Of a stretch of DNA of 64,000 nucleotides, positions 38,683 to 51,556 are shown piece after piece. The notes under the pieces were generated by a model. It did no database searches, was not told the origin of the DNA, and saw only the letters and a list, made by a program, of their open reading frames with translations. Each line of letters begins with the position of its first letter. Position 1 is the first letter of the stretch. The position numbers and the translations under genes are program-made. The stretch is from Amoebophrya sp. A120. Its lineage: Eukaryota > Protista > Dinoflagellata. The stretch is from positions 1 to 64,000 of the forward strand of contig CAJINV010000020.1 of NCBI GenBank assembly GCA_905178155.1, in the 5' to 3' direction.

Positions 38683-41600
38683 TCACATTCCCGCGTACTG
38701 CGGCCCGCCGCCGCCTTCCGGCACGGTCCACCGGATGTATTCGTTCGGGGTTTTGATGCTGCAGTATCCAAGAGAAAAACTGTGTAAGTGTGACTTTTTT
38801 GCAGGAAGAGCATCACAGATTTTTTTTGCAGGACAGAAAACCTGTCGTGCGTAGCTAGTACGCGAAAACATGTATTAAAATAGCCTCTGATGCATATCCG
38901 GCATGACAAGTGTAACTGTATTGCAACATCTGCAAGACAAAGTTACACTTACACAGATTTTTCTTGCATATGCAGCACTTGCAGTGCACACAGTTCTGCG
39001 CGTTGATCTGCAGGCGGAACTTGTTCTCGGCGTCGGCCACGTACTCGTACACTTTGGCAGGGCAGTATGAGAGTGCACAACTCCCCCTCCCCCTCATTTG
39101 TTATGCGAAATCCCAAACAACCCACTTGCTGTCTCGTGAGTCTCTTTGCATGACAAATTCTCTAACAAGGCCAAACAGTACTACGCTCGGAGCATGAACT
39201 TGTCATGCGCAGGCTCCATGCAAGCTGGTGTTTGTATTGCTATTCATCCAATACAATGACGGGTTAGGGTTCAGGGGGTTGTGCGCTCTCATAGGCAGAA
39301 CCGCTGCTCGGGACCGTCGTACTCGGGAAGCGAGACCGCCAGCGGATCGGCCGCCTGCTCCTCCTTCACGCGGAGGTGCGCCGGCTGGTCGTGATCGTGC
39401 TTGACGCCGGATCTGGTCAGGTTCTCAAGCAGGTCGAAAGAAAGTTTGCCGTCGGGCTTCGGGTACTCAATTTTCTGGTGTTTCGCCGCGGGCTCGGTGT
39501 ATTCGTGGTCCTTTTTCGACCACGTAAACGTCCACGGCTCGCGGCCCCTGCATTTTGGGTTTTCGGCCATGTCCATGACGCATGGTCATGGTAACTTTCT
39601 CTTTAACTTTTAAGAACACGAATACAAAGAGCCCAATGTGAAGTCCGTGCAAAGGTGTTGCCTGGAAGCTCAGGACTTGGATAGGTGACCATGTGAAAGG
39701 AAGTTATTCGAGCAGTATGTGACATTTCTGTTCCCACCAGTTGTAGTTAGTACCTTGTAACGTGCAGACTGAACGCCGAGTACGCGAGACCACCAAGGAG
39801 ACCGTGTTTGAAACTGGGCTGGCAGTTCCTGCCGACCTGTTTTTAGTCGTATTTATTTAGTATAATTCACGGTCGAACGATAAGTACCCTCCTCGCTGAC
39901 AGATTTAATGCTTGCTTTGCCCAAGGATGCTGCCTCTTCAAATTTTTCTTCGCTAAATTTCATTCTTTTCTCAGGAGAGGTGGAGCTACTACGCCAAATT
40001 TACGTTCTTACGTTCAACTCGTCCCAAACCCAGCTTTCCGTTCTAATCTAATAACTATAAGGGGAAGGCTTGGCAAAATTGCTGCTGAACCTTCAGAAGC
40101 TTTTTCTTCTGAAGGTCTTCTGAAGGTCCAAAATCGTCACTGGAACCTTCAGAAGAAATGGAAAAAAGCGTCTTTTTTTTGAGCGAGCATACCATCGGTT
40201 TAACCGTGAGCATTTTTTTCTTCTGAAGGTCACGCCTTCAGAAGGTTTTTTTTGACCTTCAGAAGAAAAAGATGGAAAATGAGCAAAAAAACCTTCAGAA
40301 GGTGAAAATTGACCGTTTTGAAATCTTCTGAAGGTTGAAAACCTTCAGAAGGTGGCACTTTTTTGACCTTCAGAAGACTTTCCGACTTTTTAGACAAAAA
40401 AAGGCAGTGAAGTGTCGCAATTTTTGCCAACCTTCTGAAGGTTGAAAACCTTCAGAAGGTTTTTCAATTGTGTCTCCAAAGCGACAACTTTTTGCGTCCT
40501 TTTTTCCGCATTCTTCAGAAGCTTTGACCTTCTGAAGATCATCTTCTGTAGAATCTTCTGAAGACTGAAAAGCTTCTGAAGACTTTTCAGAAAATACGCA
40601 AGACGCGCGAAAGTGCTCAAAAGCTTTTCTGATGCGCGTTGCTTTTTTGGGCGTTTTAAAAGCATTGCTCGCGCCGCCTATTTCGAAAGAGCACCGGCGC
40701 GCGCGCGCATTTCGAAAGTGCCCACAGGCACGACGTAGTGCGCGCCTTACTTTCTTGCACGATGAAAGAGCGCTGCTTGTGCTACAAGATATTTGCACAG
40801 GGCGCGCTTTGGAGTTAGAACAAGGTAACAAGGAACCTAGACGTGACCGGGGGGGTCACGTCCGTCCGGCCGGCCGGACGGACGGCACGTGACCGGGGGT
40901 CGGTCGTGGCGCTAGGAGGTGGTGGCCGCGGTGGCCCGCGCGCCCGGGCAACTAAAAAAAAAAAAAAAAGGTCATGGGCTCGGCACTTCACTGAAGAACT
41001 GCCTCTCTTCGTCTCGCTCCGCCCCCGGTCACCCGGCCGGGGGCTGTCAGCTAGCTCGGGCGCCCAACTAAAAAAAAAAGGTCATGAGTTCGGTCTTTCA
41101 CGAAAAAAGGCACGACTTTTGCCCCCGGTCCGCCGTCGGTGACGCGGCCGGGGGCTTCTAGCTACCGAAGGCCACAGTTGCTGCGGCATTAAGCGCCGAA
41201 CTCGCACCGAGGCCGGACTACCCCCGGTCACGTGCCGTCCGTCCGGCCGGACGGACGGACGTGACCCCCCCGGTCACGTCTAAGTTCCTTGTTACCCTGT
41301 TCTTATTGTTCAGCTGCTCGCTCTGCTCTTGTGCTTTTTCTCGAGCTCCCCTTTGGGATTTTACTTTTGCATCAAAAAAAAGCCGGTGGCGCCTGCGGTT
41401 CCATTCTGTGTCGAGGCCTGTGCTGCTTTTTGCCTCTGCAAAGCAGTTTCTTCGGCCGCGGTGAATGCCCTGCCCTGGAGACGTCGGCTTTTTTTATCTT
41501 TTTTGGTTCTTCTTGGCAGTTGAGTACTACCTGGAGCTTGGTCAGTGAGCCCGGCCGCGGACGGCGTCGCCTATGACTACCTGTTGCCTGTTTTCACTAA

Positions 41601-44600
41601 CCAAGCAGAAAGCGCTTGCAATGCACGCAATAACTCCAAACTTGGCCCAGCAGCAATTCAAATCAGCCTTGCCCCGCGACGCAGTCGTGGGGAAGTGGTT
41701 CTTACGTTCAACTCGTCCCAAACCCAGCTTTCCTGCACCGATTTCGATCCAAGCTGGCCTCCATTTGGTTTCGACAGAAAAAACCTTCCCCGCATGCTAT
41801 GGCCCCGCCTGGGCCCCCGCCAGGGTCGGCCCCTTGCGAGCCCCAAATCGGGCCCATAGCACGCGGATTGGCTTTTTGCTTTTGGCGGACTTTGGTTTTT
41901 TGTTTTTTTTTGGAAAAATGCCGCATCTTCTGGCCTTAAGTCCGCCTCTGAAATAGCGGATTTTGGTGGCGTCTTTTGCGGGGCCCGACTGTGGGCCAAA
42001 ATGGGGCCCATACCATGCGGATTTGCTGTTTTTTTCTGATTGTTGCTTTTCGGGCGCCCCTTTCTGGGCGCCCCAAACCGCCAGAAACTAAGGCGGTGGG
42101 CGCCTCAGAAGGGCGCCCCTTTTGGCGGCTCCCCTGCGTCGTTTTATCAAGCGGGATTCGATAGTTTTCGACCGGGCTTGTTTGACTTCAAAGCTCCGCC
42201 CGCTTGATGATGATGATGTAAATCTATTCGAGGTAGTCCCCTTAGATTATCCTCTTCCGTCCTCTAAGTCTCATGATTGCTTGATAAATGGAAATCTTTT
42301 ACGTCCAAAAACACCTCCGCCCACTTGAAAACTGCCGGCCGTTTTGCGCACTGCATGGCAAGAAAACAGCTAGGATAGAACGTTCGTGACCTCACTACAT
42401 ACTACACCAAATAATTTACGTTCTTACGTTCAACTCGTCCCAAACCCAGCTTTCCTGCACCGATTTCGATCCAAGCTGGCCTCCATTTGGTTTCGACAGA
42501 AAAAACCTTCCCCGCATGCTATGGCCCCGCCTGGGCCCCCGCCAGGGTCGGCCCCTTGCGAGCCCCAAATCGGGCCCATAGCACGCGGATTGGCTTTTTG
42601 CTTTTGGCGGACTTTGGTTTTTTGTTTTTTTTTGGAAAAATGCCGCATCTTCTGGCCTTAAGTCCGCCTCTGAAATAGCGGATTTTGGTGGCGTCTTTTG
42701 CGGGGCCCGACTGTGGGCCAAAATGGGGCCCATACCATGCGGATTTGCTGTTTTTTTCGGATTGTTGCTTTTCGGGCGCCCCTTTCTGGGCGCCCCAAAC
42801 CGCCAGAAACTAAGGCGGTGGGCGCCTCAGAAGGGCGCCCCTTTTGGCGGCTCCCCTGCGTCGTTTTATCAAGCGGGAATCGATAGCTTTCGACCGGGCT
42901 TGTTTGACTTCAAAGCTCCGCCCGCTTGATGATGATGATGTAAATCTATTCGAGGTAGTCCCCTTAGATTATCCTCTTCCGTCCTCTAAGTCTCATGATT
43001 GCTTGATAAATGGAAATCTTTTACGTCCAAAAACACCTCCGCCCACTTGAAAACTGCCGGCCGTTTTGCGCACTGCATGGCAAGAAAACAGCTAGGATAG
43101 AACGTTCGTGACCTCACTACATACTACACCAAATAATTTACGTTCTTACGTTCAACTCGTCCCAAACCCAGCTTTCCTTGACCGGAAAAGCCAACTGGAA
43201 GGGTAGGTCTAGGTAGAATAGGGAGGCGCGCACAGACCACAGCTGTCCGAGAAGCCAAAGGGGTCCAGAGATCCGGGAGACCTGAAGAGCGAGCAACCCC
43301 TGACGAGGTGGCCCGTGCTTCATGGCGCAACATTTTCAGATGTGGACACGGCTGAAACGGGGAAATATACCTCGGGGAGAAAAGATGCTGAAGGAGACAT
43401 CTTTTCAAAATTTGACAACATCAACAAAGCAAGTGCTTGCGTTGTTGAGGTTGTCAAATTTTGAAAAGATGTCTCCTTCAGCATCTTTTCAAAATTTGGA
43501 AAATGGGCAGCCACTTATCAAAATTTGAAAAGATGCAGAAAGAGCATCTTTTCAAAATTTGATAGCTTTCAAAGTTGAAAAGATGAGCACTTTGCGTGGC
43601 TGCATCTTTTCAACTTCTTTCTCGGCCGAGTGAATGCATTCTCCCGGTTTTGTTCTTGTTTCTGCATGTCGCGGAGATGTGCATGACAAGTTGGCCTCGC
43701 AACTCCTACCACACTCCTCCACCAAGCTGCAAAAAGAAAAACAAGACCCGGAAAATCTGTCAGGCAATATCGCCAGCCAGGATCTGCGGTCGAGCTGCTC
43801 GAGAGGCTTTACGTATGAGAATGCAACGAAATGGCGGCAAACCGATAGAGCAAATTTTGAAAAGATGGGCGTAGAGATGGATTTTTTAGTTCCTTTCTCT
43901 CCATACGTTGTTACGTTCAACTCGTCCCAAACCCAGCTTTCCTGCGGCGAGCCCCGCCACCTCGTATCCCTAAGTGCCAAGCCTCTAGCTGTCGACCCAT
44001 GCGCCCCCGGCTGGAGGTTTTGTACACTCGCTGACAACCCCGCGCAGAACTATACTATCGACCCATTGAGACCGAGGACGAACCAAAGCTTCTCTGGTGT
44101 AAAAAGGAGTAGAGACGCGACCCGGCAGGGGAGTAGCTGCTCTCAAGCTAAAAACCAGCACAGCGAGGTATCTGGCCCCGACAGGGCTTCCCAAACGACG
44201 CCTAGAAGCCTCCTGCCCTTACTCGGAGTGGTAGCTAGTAAGTTGAAAAACCCGCAACATATCGAAGGGCGAGCAAAACCCGCCTTGCACCCTGAGCAGC
44301 ACCATAATGCTCTCCAGCACTGCCGCATATTCCCTAGCAGCGCGAACAAAAACAAACTCCAGCCAGCCCATCTAGGACCCCGAGCTTGAGGGCCAGAGCT
44401 CGGAATGAAACATCCTGCCCTAATGAGGAGCGAAAACAAAGAACAGCCCATATCCCCAGGGGCGGAATGGCACTGCGGTGCACTCTGAGCACATGAGCTA
44501 CCATCCATTAAAGCGAAAACTTCCTAAATCACCCTTCCCCGCTGGGAAACGCCCTCAGTGGCGGAATGGCACTGCGGTGCACTCTGAGCACATGAGCTAC

Positions 44601-47052
44601 CATCCATTAGAACGCAACCTTCCTAAATCACCCTTCCCCGCTGGGAAGCGCCCTCAATGGCGGAATGGCACTGCGGTGCACTCTGAGCACATGAGCTACC
44701 ATTCATTAGAACGCGAGAACGATGTGAATCCATCACAAAGCAAACTATCCAGCGAGACCTGCGGACTACGTCCGCGTTGGCTCCTTCCCCGACCCCACTC
44801 AGAGGGGTGGAAGACCAACAACTCCAGGCATTAGCTTCTAGGGATCTGCCAGCCCATATACAAAAACGGACGGGGGGAAACTCCCTCCAGTCACTCCACG
44901 AAAAGGTTCTACCAGGGTAGATGTGTCAATAATTTACGTTCTTACGTTCAACTCGTCCCAAACCCAGCTTTCCTTGACCGCCGTTTCGTAGGCCGCCACC
45001 TCGTCTATCAAATGTAAAAATGTCTGGGTCTGGAAGATTCTGACACTTGTCATGCACGTTTTGCATGAGCCATGATGTCTGTGATGCATACCCTAGCAAT
45101 ACAGATTTTCTGAGGGCTTCTTGATGCCTATTCCGCATGACAGATGCCTTCTCAGCGTAGCAAAAATTGCATTCCGTTTGCTACTCATGCAATACAGATT
45201 TTTTTGGAATCTAAATACAGCATCACAAGTTGCATTCTTCCAGACCCAGACACTTTTACATTTGATATCGTCCCCAGTACTACTATTCCCTTCCGCCAGG
45301 TGTTTCGCGACAAACTCGCCCGCCAAGGCCCCGGTTTTCAGGGCGGTATGGCTTCCCTTGATTTTTGGCACGTTCAGAAACCCGGCCGAGCACCCTGTCA
45401 GCACGCCGCCGGGGAACGTCAACTTGGGTATCGCCTGCAGCCCACCCTCGTTGATGCACCGCGCACCGTAACTCAAGCACGTGCCGTTCTCCAGGTATTT
45501 CGCAATCCTTGGGTGGTGCTTAAACCGCTGGAATTCCTGGTAGGGAGACAGGTGCGGGTTCTTGTAATCGAGGCCCGTGACGAAACCCAGGTGGATCAGG
45601 TTCTCCCCCATGTGGTACATGAAGCTACCCCCGTACGTGCTCCAATCCAGGGGCCATCCCACGCTGTGAGCCACGAAGCCGGATCTGGTGGTCGTGTAGT
45701 GGTACATATAGGAAATTGCAGATTTTCATTTTCTTTCATCCTAGAGAGGCAAGCGCAAGAGCAAGAGCAGGTCAATTTTTTGCAAAAGGGAAAACAAACA
45801 ATAACGAGCTACGGTTATTCGAGTATCCTAGGTAGCGGTACTAGAACAACATCCAACCCTCTGTCTCTACGCATCAAAAAGAACGCGATCAAAAGCCGTA
45901 CTACTTGAAGTGTTCGTTATCCACTTCCCAGACTTCTTTGATCCCCAGCCCATAGTGCTGGGGACAACTTTCCTTGGCCAAGTCGAATTTATCGATGGAT
46001 TCGAGCGTCAAGCTGCCTCGACAGCCCTCCGCAAGGATCACCTGCTTGCCGTGCAGCTCCATACCCAGCTCAAACGCGTCTTTCTTGCTGCCGTCCTTCG
46101 CAATCCCCACGTCCTTCAGTTGCACGCCGATCACCTTGTTTTCCCCGTTCGTTACCAGTCGGTCGCCCGCGAAGCCGGAGAAAATCTCGACGCCCAGCTC
46201 CTCCGCCTGCTCGCCGAGCCACTTGCAGAGCTGTCCGAGGGAAATGACGTAATTCCCGACGTTGTGCTGCTCTTTGGGCAGAAAGATGTTCGGGAGCTTG
46301 ACCGATTTTGTGTCGTTCCAGAGAAAAAAAAACGCCTCGGAATTTACCTCGGTTTCCAGCGGCGCCCCACGTTCCTTCCAATCCGGAATTAATTCGTTGA
46401 GCGCCGTGGGCTGAAAGACGTTGCCGGAGAGAATGTGGGACCCGATTTCGGCGCCTTTGTCGATCAGACAGATGTCCATGTCGGGGTACAGTTGCTTTGC
46501 CTTGATGGCGGCGCCCAGCCCGGCCGGACCGCCGCCAACGATGACAATGTCGTACTCCATAACATCCCGCTCGGCGGGGCTGCTGCTCTCCTTTTCCGCA
46601 TCTGTTCCAGCAGCAGCAGCAGCATCTCGGCGCGGGCGGGATGATGACAGAAAGGTACTACTAGTTGAAGAGAAAGCGCGAACAGAGGGTCGTTTCCCCG
46701 TACTTCTCTGGGCAGCTGGTGGTAGAGGACGCATGCTGAATAGTCGTGTGCTGTGATTTTCCAGAAGATCTCTTCTTGACGTGGAACTACTGCTCCCGCC
46801 TGGACCCGAGATTGTCACTCCTGGCACACCTGGTGCAGCACCCTTTCGTATTGCGGAAGTAGAAGCACAAGAAATAGACGCTGGTAGACAAGAGGCAGAA
46901 GAAGTCACGAAAGATCGACTTTTAGTTCCCGTCGCCAGTTTCTCCACCACAGCTGTGCGACTTGAGGAACTGCGTATGCCGGTAAAGGCTTTCGTACAAG
47001 AACTTCGCCGGAATGGCGAAGCGAGTCTGCCAAGTCCGCTCGTCGCGTGCAT
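38683..47052 (-). CDS. ETFDH: Electron transfer flavoprotein:ubiquinone oxidoreductase (ETF-QO), mitochondrial, ~707 aa, 7 exons
   Basis: [111 protein letters not shown] introns 45685-45904, 39837-44945, 39548-39753 plus three introners; spliced length 2124 nt. Confidence 0.95.
38765..38970. mobile_element. Introner in ETF-QO (AAAA.CTGTGTAAGTGT.AC TIR)
   Basis: Target duplication TGCAG; join CKCC|SIKTP. Confidence 0.9.
39066..39293. mobile_element. Introner in ETF-QO (TATGAGAG.GCACAAC TIR)
   Basis: Target duplication GGCAG; join RFC|PAKVY. Confidence 0.9.
40818..41302. mobile_element. MITE with ~80-bp TIRs and TTA target duplication (PIF/Harbinger-like)
   Basis: TTA|GAACAAGGTAACAAGGAACCTAGACGTGACCGGGGG ... 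CCCCCGGTCACGTCTAAGTTCCTTGTTACCCTGTTC|TTA. Confidence 0.8.
41698..43178. repeat. Near-perfect 722-bp tandem duplication within the ETF-QO intron
   Basis: ORF pairs repeated at offset 722 (e.g. 41708/42430, 42122/42844). Confidence 0.95.
44458..44715. repeat. Tandem repeat, ~100-bp unit (GGCGGAATGGCACTGCGGTGCACTCTGAGCACATGAGCTACCAT), about 2.5 copies
   Basis: Repeated peptide HSEHMSYH in ORF 44478-44834. Confidence 0.85.
45006..45267. mobile_element. Introner in ETF-QO, GTCTGGGTCTGGAAGA family
   Basis: TATCAAATGTAAAA.TGTCTGGGTCTGGAAGA TIR; target duplication TCGTC; join GDE|VAAYE. Confidence 0.92.
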
Positions 47053-47796
47053 TATTGCGTTATGGTTATTCTTATTTCAAAAACAAAAAGTTTTCCCTTT
47101 CAGAGATAAAAGTGTTGATGCAGCAAAAAGAAAACTCAAAACAGAACTGGCTTCAAAACTATGATTACACGATAGACGTTTGGAAGAAAGTGTACGGCCC
47201 TACAGGTACTATCTGCTTGGCCGCAAAAAAATAGCTTTATATACCTTCAAGAACTATTGAAGACGTGCAACATTCGAAACATGAAGGGCTCGATAGCGCG
47301 GGAGGTGGAAGAAACAACTTCAGTTGGGGGCTGCATGTCGTCTTTGTGGTTTTCAACAATACGCCTGGCACATTGCATCTCGCTAGCCGTTGTCTCTCAA
47401 AAGTATCACACGATAACGCTCCGACCCAGGCTCGCTATCCGCTTTGAAAAAACTGGAGATGAGAAGCAAAGGATTACAGCAATTCAGGGTTTCTAGTAGC
47501 GTCAACTCATTCATGGAAGTTTCGTTTTCACCTCCTCTCTAGAATCAATCGAAGGGGGTCCTCTCTTGGTCAAAAGATAAACAGTCGTAGGCAAGAACTC
47601 GTCCTCCATCCCGGCAGGACGAGCGGCATGCTTTTCTTTGCTGCGGCGTCGTAGAAAGATCAGTTTCTTTGAATCTTTATCTTACTTTCGGTAACACTTC
47701 AAGAAAATACCACAAGCGTTATGGCTGTTTCACGACTGGCTGCAGCTGAAGATTCATTGACATTGTATATGGTGGCAGTCCGAGCAACAGAAAGCT

Positions 47797-48060
47797 TTAT
47801 TTGTTCTTGTTGAGCGAGTCAAATTGCTTGCAGAGCTTCACGTACTCCTTCTCATCGTCTGCTTTCCAGCTCTGTTTCAAATCCTGCCTTCGCGCAATCA
47901 GCTCGGCTAGTCGCTTCCGCAGGGTGCAGGATTGCACAAACTCGTCGTACTCGTCCTTTTTCTTCGCTCGGTAGATGTCGCTCCGCTCCGGATTGTTGGC
48001 GCGCAAATGCGCAGCCATTACCCGCAAGCTGGTCTCGGATGCTGTGGCGCCAAGCTGGCT
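47797..48060 (-). CDS. Probable exon of a hypothetical multi-exon gene
   Basis: Helical charged peptide AAHLRANNPERSDIYRAKKKDEYDEF...; boundaries unresolved. Confidence 0.3.
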   Translation of the reverse strand, partial: SQLGATASETSLRVMAAHLRANNPERSDIYRAKKKDEYDEFVQSCTLRKRLAELIARRQDLKQSWKADDEKEYVKLCKQFDSLNKNK

Positions 48061-49812
48061 CTGCAGATACCTTTAGTGGTAATTGATGAAGAGTATAAAA
48101 ATGGTGCGCTGGGCCTGAAATGCCTATGTTCATTTTTCTGCAAAAGAACGAACGAGGGTAGCAAGAATGATCTTCCAGATCTTCAGCAGGAATCAATCGT
48201 AACAACAAGTACTTTTACCTTTCCTTCGCAACCACCACCAGGGCGTTTGTCAGAGCCGATCCCACCGCATTTCGCAGATACACTTTCTGCTCGTCCGCAA
48301 TGCCTTCCAACGGTATGTCAGCCATCTTTTCTTCTAGGATGGACAAGAAAACCGTAGCTGTAGCTCTAAGTACCTGCACGAGCACTGTACAAATTTACTA
48401 CGTACAGTTACGAAGTTCAATCATGAACCATCTTTGTAATTAGAGAGACATCTAGACCCGATAACTCAGTTTCTGCCTGTTGCGACTTCACAGCTCCTCA
48501 AAGATACACGCGACTCCTCCACCCTGTCTGCCTCGGTGAAATGATGTCTGCTGGTACTCATACTGCTTCACAAAACTCGTGCAAAAATGAATCGCGCAGA
48601 GCTTTCGCTTTTCAGTGCCCGTACGATGATGATGCTGAACAGCGATGTGACTGGAGTAAGTACTTAGAAGAAGGACACCACATGCGGTTTATCCAAAATT
48701 TCAGCGCAGTGGTCGTCCCTTATCGACCATCTTGTCGCATGCGTGTCCCTGCTCGCGGTCAGCTGGAATGGAAGTTGCTTTCCGCTGTTTTCGCGCTGCT
48801 TTTGTTTTCTTCGACGGTTTTGTCCTTCGTTGTTGACAGAAGTTGCAACTTCTCGACAATTTTTTTTGTACAGGATGTTGAATTCCTCTTGACATACTGA
48901 TACTTGTATACTGTAGTTGGGATATAAGTTTAAGTACTGAATAAATCTGTTTGGTCCTTATTGTGCGAATTATACGACGAGGTGTTATACCCGCCATCGC
49001 TTGTATTAAATCGATGATAAATTGTCGCAGTTAGTTTATGCCGACGAGGTGGCCGCGGCAGCTAGATCCTCCGTGTCTGTCTTACTTAAGCTGTCGTAGA
49101 GAGAATAGAGGCGCTGCTGTAGGTGCACCGTTCTTTCGTTGGGCGATTTGTTCCTTAAGCAAAGAATTCAAGACGTATTTAGTTGGTCTCCTCAACGGGC
49201 GTCTGTACGGCCTTCGAGGTTTTCCTTTTCGGTTTCACATTTTGATTTTGTTAAACTACTATAAGTACTCTACTACAAACAAGACTCACAACATTTATAA
49301 ACTTGTTGCAGAGTGCACTCCTCTGGGCACTGTATCTTTTGCTCTTCTACTACACATCATGCATGGTGCTCGAACTTCATACTGAGCTTACAACGAACTT
49401 AATACCGGAGAGCGAGAGCAAGACGGCCAAAAAGGCGTGCGAAAGGCCAGCCTGGCCCTCTTTTTTATCATCTCCAAACCCAAAGCTTTGAAAATTTTGG
49501 CTGATCAGTCAAAGCTAAAACAATATAACAAAAGTCCAAAAAGAAGCGTATTATAAAGTGTCGGTTTACAGGTAGTTTGTTCATCCCGTCGTAGTTGCAG
49601 ATTGTAGTTCCGAGGAGAGTTCACACGCCGTCACTACAAGCAGGAGCGCTCCTGGTGGACGAAGAAGATGCTAGTGGTAGTAGGCTAGGTACTACGCTGA
49701 AAGAGACGCCGTGCGTCAGTTCGCTCCGTTCAGTAGATCCAGATGTGACTGGTCGTAGGAAAACTCTTTACGGGCAAAATCTTTGTTCACTCCTGCCGCT
49801 CGAGTCACTTTT

Positions 49813-51556
49813 TCACAATGCCTGGCTCGCCGCGTTGAGCTTGCTGCACGTGTCTTCCAACAGTTTGAGCAATGTTTCCTCGGTTTGCTCTCGTTCGCGA
49901 CGCTCGGTAGCGATTTCGCCTTGCATCTTGCTGACCACGTCCTCCATCATACCTGAGGGACGTGGCGAATATCAAAATTGTGGTGCCAATTCCGCTCATC
50001 CTATTCCTAACATCCACAGAGATAATTTCGCCTCGCTCTCTTCTTGTCTAGATGCAAGAAAATTTTCAAGAAGCACGACCCGCTGCAAGCAAGCACGGCC
50101 GAAAAAACGTTTTGCAAAAAATAAAAAATCATACGGAGCATTGCTTCCTCGGTTTCCTCTCGGGCGCGTTTTTCCGCGACGATATTATCTTGCAAACGTT
50201 GTATCTCCTCGTTAGCACGCTTCAAAATGCGGCTTTCCATCTGCTCTCGGTTACTCACCTCGTCGCGCAGGGAGTCGTACCTGATAAGGATGGTGGGCAG
50301 GACGCTCTTTCCACACCACTCCGCAATAGGTACTTATGTCATGATTAACCATGCGGCATCGCAAGAAATGAAGGAGAAGCTGCACCTAGTAGCGGACCCT
50401 ACCCCTGGATAGAACCACATATAATCGCAGAACAAACTGCAAAACAGAAACGAAAAAGCAGTACAATTTTGGTATGTCAACCTCCAGATATCGGCGTAAA
50501 TTCTGTTCGTTTTCGCTGCGAATTTTCCCTTCTTTGGTAACATCCTCCCGAAGCAGTGTTGTCTTCTCCTCAAATTGTCGGAGCAACCTGGTGTTTTTTA
50601 TTTTGAAATTCAGGTTCGATTTTTTTATCCGTACAACTGGCTCTATCACCGCTCAAAAGGTGAAGGTCAAAGTCAAGCTCGTCATACATTCATGCTTACA
50701 ACTCAAAAAGAAAAAACTTCACAAGCTGACATCAAGAATAACCACAGAGTACCGCTGCTCGCTTTCCCTTCGCGCTGCTTGTTCCTGTTCCAGCGCCGCG
50801 GTTAGCCTCTGGTCTATTTGATTCAGTTCCCGGGACTTTATTTCTGCGAGGTTTTCTCGTGCCATTTTCTCCTCCTCTAAGTCTTTGGAAAACTTCCCGA
50901 GCTGCTCCTTAAGGAGACCGAACCTGAAAAAGAATGTCGATGTCGTTCTCGTTGTTGATGAGCGAGGTTTTCGCTATATATTTTGTACAGTTTTTGCACT
51001 CAAGCAACAAACTACACAACTGCTCAACGAGACTCTACGAGCGGCTTGGCCCTGGTTCATCTTCGTTCCTGCAGAAAAAAAACTACTCCATGAAGTTGTA
51101 CAAAAAATCAGCATCCTATACTTCTTCGCACTGGAATCCTGAGAGCTGGTTAGCCTTTCGTCTACGTGTTTCAGCTTGCTCGACAGCTGGTCATACCGTG
51201 AATTCCTCTCATGCTGCAGCCCCACTTGCAAGCCCTGTAACCTCTCGGAGAGCTTACTTATTCGGTCGAAGTAGGCGGTATCTGTGGTGGTGCGTGATGT
51301 TTGCCGATGGGATCATGAAAATGACATCAATCTCGACGCACGTCATTTTCTTTTTGCGCACGATGCACGCGAAACCTGGTGGACATCCATGACAAGGAAC
51401 TTGTTCGTGCGGTAGCTATTTCTATGATTCTGCAGGAGCAAAATGAAAATGACACACATTCATACGTTAAGCACGAAAAAACCAATCGGTACGACTCTTC
51501 TTTCCCGTGCTGAGCATGGAGCTCTCTTGAGCTATCGGAGATTCGGTCCGAGACAT
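49813..51556 (-). CDS. SF-assemblin / beta-giardin family striated-fibre coiled-coil protein; multi-exon (5' exons uncertain)
   Basis: Canonical GT-AG joins give ..RRYLEVDIPKL|YDSLRDEVSNREQME..EKRAREETEEAMLR|MMEDVVSKMQGEIATERREREQTEETLLKLLEDTCSKL. Confidence 0.85.

Larger units (their letters stand above)
39997..44980. repeat. Six copies of the ETF-QO exon-3 end/5' splice site (core TTACGTTCAACTCGTCCCAAACCCAGCTTTCC): the genuine site plus five in a 5.1-kb intron
   Basis: Copies at 39997-40039, 41698-41734, 42400-42456, 43122-43184, 43904-43943 and the genuine site 44928-44980. Confidence 0.95.

Noticed and set aside
43634-44389. 251-aa plus-strand ORF in the ETF-QO intron as an integrase or transposase
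   Set aside because: It crosses a repeat boundary between two unrelated segments and shows no catalytic motifs
35304-44980. CRISPR array interpretation of the repeat-spacer structures
   Set aside because: Eukaryotic context, spacers of 0.1-1.7 kb and irregular, repeats with staggered ends, one repeat is host exon sequence, and no cas genes
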